From Blastocladiella emersonii ATCC 22665 (Eukaryota > Fungi > Blastocladiomycota): a stretch of DNA of 64,000 nt. The stretch spans positions 248,001 to 312,000 of the forward strand of contig JANHCV010000008.1 in assembly GCA_025594325.1 (NCBI GenBank), in the 5' to 3' direction. Shown in pieces: positions 10,701 through 20,060 of this stretch (its first letter is position 1; each line of letters opens with the position of its first letter). Under the pieces are notes generated by a model that was not told the DNA's origin, ran no database searches, and saw nothing but the letters and a program-made list of their open reading frames with translations. A program made the position numbers and the translations under genes.

Positions 10701-11610
10701 TCATGATACGCCCCTGCGCGCGGCCGCCGCCGCGCCCGACCGGCCCTCGCGGCCACAGCTCGCCCGTGGCCACCACCGCCGCCGCCACTCCTTGAACTTG
10801 ATGCTCGAGAACCGGTTCTTGAGCTTGGTCTTGATGCCGCCGACGCGTGGCCGCCCGTGTCGTGGTAGTCGGTCGAACTTGAGCGGGTCGAGCGTGTCGT
10901 GGTAGTCGGTCGAACTTGAGCGGGTCGAGCGCGCGCGCTTGATGGCCGCGCGGTGGCCGGCGCCCTTGATCGCCTTGAGCGACTTGATCTCGAACACGGC
11001 GTCGGCGATGGCCACAGTCGCGGGCCGTCGAAGCGAGCCGAGCTCGGACTGGTGCGCCGCCGACTGTCGTTGCCCTGGTGCGGAGGGGCAAGGGGTCAGC
11101 GACGCCGAGCGTGAGAGGGGCGGTGGGTGAGAGACGTACGGCGTGGTCATGGTGGCCGAGGGTGCCTTGTCCTTGCACTGCAGCGAGTCGAGGACCTTGG
11201 TCTTGTTGATGTTGGCGCCAGCAAGCTGCCGGTTGATCTGCAGTGAGACGCGTACGTGCGTGTTAGCGAGGGGCTCGAAGCGCGCATCCTAGGCCGCGGA
11301 CCAGGTCGAGAACGCACCGTGATCGAGCATGCCCTGGATCTCGCTGTATTTGGACCTCGAACGCCTTGGCGAGTCCGAGGAACAGCACGTCAGAGTCGAT
11401 GACCATGGTCGGGGCCGTGGTTGCCGTTGCTCGAGGTCTTCGGCCGTCGCGGACGCGTCCTTGGTGACCATGGCGGTACAGTCGGTGATCGAGTCGAGCT
11501 TGGCCTCGCCGACGCCTTGGGCACGCAGACGACGGTGCCCACGAGTGCCGACACCCGCAGCAAGTGAGAAAGCGTACCGCATCGCCAAGCAGCTTGGCGG
11601 CCTTAATCAC
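10701..11610 (-). pseudogene. Second (accessory) gene of the Plavaka element, frameshifted
   Basis: GC3-rich coding-like segments in several minus-strand frames (MVIDSDVLFLGLAKAFEV; INRQLAGANINKTKVLDSL; VFEIKSLKAIKG). A 37-bp tandem duplication at 10856-10929 shifts the frame. Boundaries approximate. Confidence 0.4.
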
Positions 11611-12563
11611 AACGGCGAGGAACGTGGTCGCTACACCACCGAGGACGCGTCAGAAAGCGGGTCGAACCGTAGCCTCGGCGATACACGCGCACACCTTGCC
11701 GAACTCGGCCGTGCACGCGCTTGGCGAGGCCCTTGTCGAACAGCCCGGTCGAGTCCGCTGCGTGGCCATGGACGCGTCGCCGAGACGGCCGATCGCGTGT
11801 CACACGAGGCGCGCTTGGGCACGGGTCAGCACGAGCGCTCGGTCGGAAGTGGTCTAAACAAGTTGGGCGACGTGGGGAACGAGTGAGCGGTGTTCGAGCG
11901 GCACAGCAGGGCGGCGAGTGATTAGGGGGTGATGACGGGCGCAACCGAGCCGATCCGCCGCGGAGGACAATCGGCAGCGGTCCCGCGCGTGGCGAGGTCG
12001 ATGAGTGTCGAGGGGAAGGGCGGAAGTGGGGCGGATGAGTCGACGGAAAACGCGCGCTCGCGCCGACTCAGCACGACGCGGATGCACCGCCGCAGCGGCG
12101 ACGTACGCCTCCTTGGTGGCCCCGGGCACGTCTCGGGGGTCGGTTCGTCGTCGCAGGCGAGCGTGGAGGCCGCGGACACGACTTGGGCACGGCGAGCGAC
12201 GCGGCGAAGCTGGCCTCACGACGCGGGCGCCGCCATGGCCGACGCGGCGCGGGCAACGTACGGGCGGGGCTGCGTGCGAGTCGCAAGAGCAGAGTGTGTC
12301 GATTGCATGGTGGTAAGTGGGGTCGGGCGGGGACTTGGCGGGTCGGCGGGAGCGGCAGCCATCCGCGCCCAACGCGCGCGCTGAAGAAGGATCGGCGGCG
12401 GACGAAAGCGTCACGTGGCATGACCTTCGCGTCCCTCGCCTCCCTCACCGCTCGACGCACCATGCAATCCCATCTTGCGACTTTATGCAACCGACCTGAA
12501 TTACCGAGCTCTACCTCTTGCTATGCCTGACGCTGTCAAATCTGTGTGTTTGTGCTCACACAG

Positions 12564-13989
12564 CTCCGATCTCGCCGTCGGAACTCGTCAAGTTCACAGT
12601 TCTCACGCTCGATGAGCTCCACTGCACTCTGCTCCGCGGATCAGCGCCGAGCGACCGGTCGCCCGAGTACGCTGAACTGGCCCTCGGCTGGTTCGACCAG
12701 GCCGCTCGCCTTGTGTGCGCGCGCCTCAACAACTACACCATGATCCACACGCCCAAGTACCACTGCTTGAGCGAGTACGTCGAGTTCATCAAGCGCTTCG
12801 GCCCTACCACGAACCTGTCGACCGAGGCGAGGGAGCGCTTGCACAAGTTCAACGCCAAGATCGTGGTCAAGTTCACGAACTACACGGCGACCTCGACTGA
12901 GCAGATTTTATCACGCATGGCCTCGTGCGAGGCCCTGCAAGCGATCGTGCGCACGCTCGTGAGGGAGTGCGACCCCGCGGTTCAGATTCGCTGACTCTAG
13001 CGCGCCGTGGAGCATCACTAACGCTCACATCGTCGCGATCGCATCACAGGAATACGAGGGCGTGGAAGAGATATTCAACAACCTGACCGACGTGCTCCTG
13101 ACCACGCTCAAGGCGACGACGTTTGACCTCATCAAGTTTGGTCCCGGGCGCGAGGTGCACTTCTCGTTTGGCACGACCGCGAGCTCGAGCATGGACCAGC
13201 TCTCGACCCGTATCCCGTTCCTCGCCCAGATCCTCCATGGTTACGTGGCCAAGAACGCTGGACTCTCGGCGCAGCGCGCGGCCGACGATCCGCTGCTGGG
13301 TCCTGACGACGGCAAGGTACTCGCGTGCGCGCGAACTGTATTGCAAACATTTGAAGCTGACGCTCCCGCCTCGTTCCGCGTGCACCTCTTCATGTACAAG
13401 GCAATCTCGTTCGAGGCCTTCTCGCTCGGCGGGTTCCGCAACGAGCAGCTCACGGGCAAGTGCCAGTTCCCAATCCGTGGCAAGGCGCACGCGAACCGGG
13501 TCATGATACACTGCTTGCTGAGCTCGCACCGAACGATTCGGTCGCTGACATCTGCTTTCTTCTCGCGTACGGTAGTATCTCACGTCGGACAAGAAGTACC
13601 GCGTCGGGAAGCTGGCCGCCGCGCTGCACTTCACGCACAACGGCACCGAGCACAACGTGGCCCTCGTCGAGCAGTTCCGCGTCCAGGACGACGCGCCATG
13701 CGGCAACATGACGTACAAGGAAATTCCCGTACAGGCGCTCGCCTTGCATCCAGCAGAGCCGGGTATGGGCCTCGGTCGCTACCACGCCGTGAGCGTGGCG
13801 GCCTTCCAGACGTTCGTTCACGTCGTGCCCAACTACGACCGGCCCGCGGCGCCGACGACCGCAGGCGCAGCCAACTTCAAGCTCGACAGCGAGTACCGGG
13901 AGTGGCTGCTCAATCCGTTCGACTGCGCGGGGTCGGCCGCGCTCATGGCGTACCTGTGGGAGCGCGACCTGCTCGAGGTGGTGGTGTAG
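12564..13989 (+). pseudogene. Plavaka transposase, C-terminal half only (intron-containing)
   Basis: PKYHCLSEYVEFIKRFGPTTNLSTEARERLH matches the Plavaka K.H...HY...I..FG.....STE..ERLH motif. Downstream exons give ALVEQF, FVHVVPNY and WLLNPF. The N-terminal catalytic half is absent. Confidence 0.8.
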
Positions 13990-16079
13990 GGGACCCGATC
14001 GGGTCCCGCGGCGGCGGCGCGTAGCGAGCGCCGTCCCTTGCAGTATTCGCGACGAGAACGAGCTGCGGCGCGTGGAGGGCGCCGCTGGTCGAAGTACATG
14101 ACCTCGTTCTCTCAGAACATCACTCTCGCTGCCGCATCGGTGACTTGACGCGTTTCGCGTTCGCGAGCGACGCAGTCTCACGGGTCGAACACGAGTCGAA
14201 GCGCAAGACCTCTCTTCACCGCGTCAAAGTCTCAGGCAATCGCTCATAAATAGGTTGCATCAAGTCGCCGGAGCAGAAAATTCATGGTTCATACTGGTCG
14301 ATGCGTGCGTGGGGAGCGGGGACTTGGAGATGGCGAGGGCACCGACCCGGTCCGCGCGACCCTTTGCGCAAACCCTTGCGCCACTTTAGCTGGCGCCGCG
14401 GCCGGGTTTGCGCAAACCCCTTTGCGCAAAGGGTCGCGCAGCCGGAGTCGTTTCGGCGATGTGAAAGAACACGCACCCATGCTCCAGTCGATCCGTCCGC
14501 TGGAGAAGTTGGTCGATAAATTATCGGCATTACTTTCAAACGTTCCCGAGCGTACTGAGGGCCCCAAGAGCGGGCTCGTGTCACCCCCGCCCACTGATGC
14601 GCTCTCGCCCGGACTGGCCGAGCTGAGCGGGCGCAAACCCGATCGCTCCGCGAAAGACGACATCCAGCGTCACGGACCGCTTTTCCGGCTTCCCGCTCAG
14701 CCAGGTCGGTTTGCGACATGCAGCCGCCAGGCCTTTCTCGCCGAGCTCAAGCGATACACACCCTCGAACCAATTGCTAGCCAGTTCTATCCTTGCTTCGC
14801 GCGAAAACATGCCTGAAAACGACTACTTTGCGTGTGCTGCGCTCATTAATCCGACCATGCCCAACACACTTGCAGCGGATGTTTTTAATTTAGCGACCAA
14901 CGCGGACGCGCGCCCGTCTTGGATCCGCGACTGGACCCTGCTTGCCCCAAAGCCCGGTTACACGCTTGGCTGGTTTATCCAAAACTTTTGGAAGCCACTG
15001 CGGAACGCCAAGTATGCCAGGATGCCTGTGAACAGCCCCGCGATCAAGCAAACTTTTCATGACAAGATTTCAGCGCTCCCAGGAGCCAACGATCCTAAGC
15101 TTCTTGCCATGATCGAGCACAAGTACATGTCCATCTATGACATGGCCGACTTTCTCGGGTCCGCTGCGGTTTTCCCTGCAGCCAGTTCTACTTTGCCCGC
15201 CAGCCAAACGATTGCGGCAACCAAACCTGACCGCGTGCTTGATCGCGCCCCGCGCTCCCTTCGAGAGCGATCTCGTTCCAGTTCCCGAACTCGCTCTCCT
15301 CGACCGCGTATTGATTCGAGCCTGCGCCGTCGATCTCGCAGCCCGCCGCGGGCTCGCTCTCAGCAGCCACCATGCTCATATTGCAAACACTTCCCGCTTC
15401 TCGCCAACGCTGCAAGGAATCACTCACTATCAGCTTGTAAACGTGCAACAGATGAGTCCTTGATTGCCAGAAAGGTTTGCTACGGACTCAAGCTGCTGCG
15501 CAAGCGCCCATCAACGGAAGCCATGTACAGCGCCTCGCATCAATCGCTTGTCGACTTGTCCCGCGAATTCGCCGACTTGGCGAGCCAAACGGCGGATCGA
15601 GCCTACTGCACACCGCAGAACAAAGAGCACCTGGAGGACACGGCGAGGTACCTCGCTGCGATGGCCGAATTTGACGCGGCGCCGCTCGCACGGATCTGGC
15701 AAGAGGTGGATCGGCGCTTGTGACTTTGTGACTGGTGCGGTTGTGGTCGTGTTCCTAGCGCACGAATAGAACGAAGTTTTGTTGTCCCATGCGGCGGTTC
15801 AGAAAGAGACGTACATCAATCGATTCAACGCTTGTGCCAGTTGCTTCCAACAACGATTGGGCGACGAAGCGCGCGTATAGCGCATCGCTCCATGACCGCC
15901 GTCGTGAATATGTGACACTGTCCTGGACGCGGCAGGTTCGAGTGTGGGTGGCGAGAAAGGATCCGCGTCGCAGGCACAGGCCGGCTTGAACCGGAAGGCA
16001 ACGCGTTCGGAAATGGCGTGACCTTCGCGATCAATGTGGCGGTTCGCTCCCTTTTCTCCCCCAGCGACTAGACCTCGCA

Positions 16080-17612
16080 ATGCATCCCACGGACGCTTCT
16101 CGCACTTCTTGCAATGTCAACGAGATGCATGACGCGACCACTTCTTGCACTTTGGGCCCGGCAGACGCAATGGACCGGTTCGATGACACACAGGAAGGCT
16201 CGGCGCATGGAGATCCAGAGCTTGCTTCCGCCGACGACCTCGTTCGCGGTCTTGAAGCCCGTTTGGCATGTTTCCACCGAGTGCTTAACCAGCGCCCCGG
16301 ACCTTTCTCGCATGAAACGGACCCAACGAGCGATTTGGAGTCGATGGGCAGTGAAATTCAGTTCGACGCCACTACCGATGTCGTCCCGAGTACACTGCCG
16401 CGACGCTCCAAGATCATGCCAAGCTCGCTCAATGCCGTCCAGCCTGATCGGACACTTCCGGGAGCAGCTGCCACCTCTTCTCGCGCTCACGCAATCGAAG
16501 ATGATGTACTGCTCAACGGACCGTTTTTTCGGCTTCCTGCTCAACCGGGTCGTGTCGTGACCAACAAACCGGGCGAGTACCTTGGCTATCTCGCACGGTT
16601 TGCATCCACGACTCCCTTGGCCGAACTGATTCTGCTCTCTTGCGAATACATGCCTGAAATGGACTACTGCGCCTGTGCCGCGCTCATTCACCAGAACCTT
16701 CCCAAAGAGCTTGTGACCGAAGCGTTCGAATTCGCTGTTGATGCACAGACGCGTCCGACTTGGCTTCGCGACTGGACCGCTCTCGCACCAGCTCCTGGGT
16801 CGACGCTCACAGAGTTCAAGACGGCGTTCTGGAAACCGCTGAGATGCTCCGAGTTTGCCAGCGAGCTGGCCAATAGCTTCGCCGTCAACGCGATACTTCT
16901 TATCAAGCTTCCAGGGATCTCGGCTGCGCGGGACCCAAAGATTCGTGCCATCGTCCGCCATAAGCACCTGTCAATCTTTGACATGCTTGATCGCCTCGGG
17001 TTTGTTGCTCTTCCTCGCGGCAATGTGTCAAGCGCCTTCAGGTCGTTGACATCGACTATGCCCCACGGCCGCAGAGAGTCGCGCAGTCCATCTCGTTCAC
17101 CTCGTGGGTGTAATCGTCATCGCTCTCGCTCGCCGTCGCCGTCGCCTTTGTCGCGACACAACATTGGCTCCTTCGCTCGCCGTCAATCTCGCATTCCGCC
17201 GCGTACTTCAAAACTCAATGCTGGTCCGCGCATACCGCCATCCGCTTGCGGTTACTGCAAGCACTTTCCGCTGCTGTCTGCCCGAGCCACAGACCATTCA
17301 CTCTCAAGCTGCAGTCCCTCGAAGGACGTGCAGCGGATCGCGAACAAACTCCTGATTGGATTCGATTTGTTGAACTCCTATCCTTCGCAGGAAGCGATGC
17401 GGAGCACATCCACCCGCACGCTCGCTGCCATGTCACTTGAACTCTCCGAGCTTGCATCACGTGCTGTATCGACGGCCCAGCATCGTCCAGGGCACGAGAT
17501 TGAGCACTTGCGTTACCTGGGTCGGTACCTTGCGGCCATCGCCGAGTTCCTAACTGCGAATCTTGGGTCTCGTCTGGTTGCTGTGTGGAAGTATGTAGCA
17601 GTGCGTTTGTGA
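16080..17612 (+). CDS. Family A copy A6, apparently intact (510 aa)
   Basis: Single ORF with all family motifs. Promoter motif variant at 15998-16021. Confidence 0.88.
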   Translation: MHPTDASRTSCNVNEMHDATTSCTLGPADAMDRFDDTQEGSAHGDPELASADDLVRGLEARLACFHRVLNQRPGPFSHETDPTSDLESMGSEIQFDATTDVVPSTLPRRSKIMPSSLNAVQPDRTLPGAAATSSRAHAIEDDVLLNGPFFRLPAQPGRVVTNKPGEYLGYLARFASTTPLAELILLSCEYMPEMDYCACAALIHQNLPKELVTEAFEFAVDAQTRPTWLRDWTALAPAPGSTLTEFKTAFWKPLRCSEFASELANSFAVNAILLIKLPGISAARDPKIRAIVRHKHLSIFDMLDRLGFVALPRGNVSSAFRSLTSTMPHGRRESRSPSRSPRGCNRHRSRSPSPSPLSRHNIGSFARRQSRIPPRTSKLNAGPRIPPSACGYCKHFPLLSARATDHSLSSCSPSKDVQRIANKLLIGFDLLNSYPSQEAMRSTSTRTLAAMSLELSELASRAVSTAQHRPGHEIEHLRYLGRYLAAIAEFLTANLGSRLVAVWKYVAVRL

Positions 17613-18134
17613 TTTGGCCTTGTCCGTCGCCGAGCTCATACATTGCCACGGTTTGACTGGTTGCGAACACCCAGTATCGCTAGCGTGTTGACCTGAATTA
17701 ACGCGACGACCTTCAACACGGGTAAGGGGTTCTGCAGACTTGCGTGCTTAGATCGCTGAGAGGTGCAGGCCCCCCTTACACACCGCGCATCAATGCGATA
17801 CCTCCCACGTAGCGCTCCGGAAGCATGCAACCAATACAGCTTCAAGGGCTATCACCGTAATTGCCGTACTTTTATTCAAAATTGTTTGAACAGATAGCCG
17901 CGGGTAACTCCATGATATGTGCGAGACGCGTCGCGTAATGGTGTGACCGCGAACGTGACCGACGAGCTGGTGAGAAACGCGTCATGCGGCCGCGGTCTCA
18001 CCTCTCGCTCGGCCTCCCCAAGTCGACCAGCACAACCCACGATGCATCTCATGAAACAATCTACGACTTGCTGCAATGAAAATGGCACTGGCGGCACTTC
18101 TACAAACTGTTCCTTGTCCGCCGCGGCGGGTGCT

Positions 18135-20060
18135 ATGGATCAGTTCGACCTTACGCGCCAGGTCCCGCCAACGCGCGACGGTCAAGAGCGCCTCCTCGCC
18201 GGCGGTCTCTGTCGCCTGCTCTCATCTCGCATCTCCTGCATCCATGGAGCGCTTCAGCGGCGACTCGATTTCGGCCTGAAAGGCGCGGATATGCCGAAAC
18301 CCACAGCTTCAATCGAGACGGTTCACGGCATCGAAGACTTTACGAACATGATTTCGGCAATGATCGAACACTTTCCCGAGCGAAACAAAGAGCCTGTTCG
18401 CAAGGCTGTCAAATCCGTGTCGACAAGGCGATCAGCGGCCTCTCGTTCAACGCAACCCGCCAGCTTGTCTCAACGGAACCCAAACCTTTCGATCTCAGAC
18501 GACTTACGGCATAGCGGCCCGCTGTTTCGACTATCTTCTCAAGCAGCCCGCGCCGTTACGAGCAGCCAGCAAGAATTTCTCGACTTGCTACGCCACTTTG
18601 CGCCCGCGGATCCATTGGCGGACTTGATCCTTTTCTCGCGCGGCAACATGTCCGATGAGGATTACTTTGCCTGCGCTGCGCTCGTCCACCCGGCCATGTC
18701 GAACGAGGTTGCGACCGCTGCCTTCCTCGCCGCCACCGATTCTGCAGCGTGTCCGCCTTGGGTTCGAGACTGGGCCGCGCTCACGCCGGTCCCAGGAACT
18801 TCAGTCACGGATTTCAAAACCGCGTTTTGGAAACCGCTGCGGTGCTCCGATTATGCCAGCCAACTCGTCAAGAGCCCAGCTATCAAATGGATATTTCTTG
18901 ACAAGATTGCCGAGATCCCAGGCGCCCGTGAGCCGAAGTTTGCTGCCATGGCCAACAACAAGCACGACTCGCTCTTTGACCTCGTCGATCACTTCAAGCT
19001 CGCGTGGTTTCGTTCGATCGAGCCGTCCTCCTTGCCTCGTTCTTCAACTGACGCCCAAATGTGCAATTTGATGGACGCGAGCGCGCCCGAAGCGCAGGGC
19101 AAGCACTCGCGCCGCCCACCTGGCTCGGCTCGAGAGCACTCAAACTCGCGCCCGCGCTCGCGATCCCCAGTTCGCCGCGACGATTCGGGCTCCCGTCGTC
19201 AAACTGTCAGCTCTCCACGTTTCACCAACGTTACCGCTCACTTTTCGCAGCCGCTCTGCGCATACTGCAAGCACTTTCCACTTCTTTCTCTGGTCGAAAT
19301 GCATCACCCGTTCTCGACTTGCCTGCGCGCGGCCGAAGAACTGAGCGCCTCGAAAGTGATTTACTCTGGCCTCAAATTAATACGCAGCCTTCCCTCGCGA
19401 TCGGCCATGCTCAACAGTTCACACGAATCGCTCGTCGCCCTGTCCCTCGAGTACGCCGGCATTGTCCGCCACGCCGCAACCGGAAAGCGGTGCTTGCCGT
19501 ACAACAGGGAGCACCTGCAGTACACGGCTCGGTACCTCGCTGCCGTCGCTGAACTTGGCCCAGTGCCGCTGGCTGCAGTTTGGGGAAGTGTGGCCTGGCA
19601 AGCGGGACGTGCGTCATTCGAGCCGACGTACGAACGTGTTCAATTTCCTGACTCTTACCTTGCAACGAATACATTCACACTGTCCCTTATCGTGCACACC
19701 CATCTATTACATACGGGCAACGCTGCCGATCGTCGCAAAGCTCAGGGCTTCGGAATCGCTACAACCGATGCCCGGGCGGTGGCCAAGACCGCAGCCGACT
19801 GTCCGCTTGACGACAGAAGATTCGAGCTGCCGTTCTTGCGGCCGCGCGAGCTGCCCGTCGTGGTCGCGATCGAGGTGAGCAGCTCGGCCCACTTACCGCG
19901 CTCCTTGTCCGACTCGAACTGCAGCAGCCACGACTTGCCCTGGGCGAACAGCTCGACGCACCGCGGCTGCGAGACAGGCGCCGGGTCGATGAGCGTCGCG
20001 GTCAGGTCGAGGACGAAGCCCATGGCGACTCCGGACTTGTCGGGGACAAACGTGATTTGA
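18135..20060 (+). CDS. Family A copy A7 with lost stop codon (homology ends at 19607)
   Basis: All family motifs present. The codon aligned with the paralog TGA stop is GGA (19605-19607), so the ORF runs 151 more codons, antisense into the GPCR 3' end. Start uncertain (18041 or 18135). Confidence 0.75.
   Translation: MDQFDLTRQVPPTRDGQERLLAGGLCRLLSSRISCIHGALQRRLDFGLKGADMPKPTASIETVHGIEDFTNMISAMIEHFPERNKEPVRKAVKSVSTRRSAASRSTQPASLSQRNPNLSISDDLRHSGPLFRLSSQAARAVTSSQQEFLDLLRHFAPADPLADLILFSRGNMSDEDYFACAALVHPAMSNEVATAAFLAATDSAACPPWVRDWAALTPVPGTSVTDFKTAFWKPLRCSDYASQLVKSPAIKWIFLDKIAEIPGAREPKFAAMANNKHDSLFDLVDHFKLAWFRSIEPSSLPRSSTDAQMCNLMDASAPEAQGKHSRRPPGSAREHSNSRPRSRSPVRRDDSGSRRQTVSSPRFTNVTAHFSQPLCAYCKHFPLLSLVEMHHPFSTCLRAAEELSASKVIYSGLKLIRSLPSRSAMLNSSHESLVALSLEYAGIVRHAATGKRCLPYNREHLQYTARYLAAVAELGPVPLAAVWGSVAWQAGRASFEPTYERVQFPDSYLATNTFTLSLIVHTHLLHTGNAADRRKAQGFGIATTDARAVAKTAADCPLDDRRFELPFLRPRELPVVVAIEVSSSAHLPRSLSDSNCSSHDLPWANSSTHRGCETGAGSMSVAVRSRTKPMATPDLSGTNVI

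Larger units (their letters stand above)
10411..14461. mobile_element. Plavaka/CACTA(EnSpm)-type DNA transposon, internally deleted
   Basis: TIR CATCGCCGAAACG..CGTTTCGGCGATG, imperfect to ~39 bp. TG target duplication at 10409-10410 and 14462-14463. Clustered TTTGCGCAAA subterminal repeats at both ends, plus a transposase remnant. Confidence 0.88.
10249..15723 (+). pseudogene. Family A copy A5, split by a Plavaka-type element (parts 10249-10410 and 14464-15723)
   Basis: Removing 10411..14461 and one TG gives in-frame ..LDGVASV|KEHAPMLQSIRPLEKLVDKLSALLSNVPER, collinear with A7 (..LKGADMPKPTASIETVHGIEDFTNMISAMIEHFPER). Confidence 0.9.

Noticed and set aside
10427-14442. CAGCC as a 5-bp TSD for the Plavaka element
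   Set aside because: Joining at CAGCC shifts the A5 frame and ignores the 13-bp perfect TIR further out. The TG model restores the frame.
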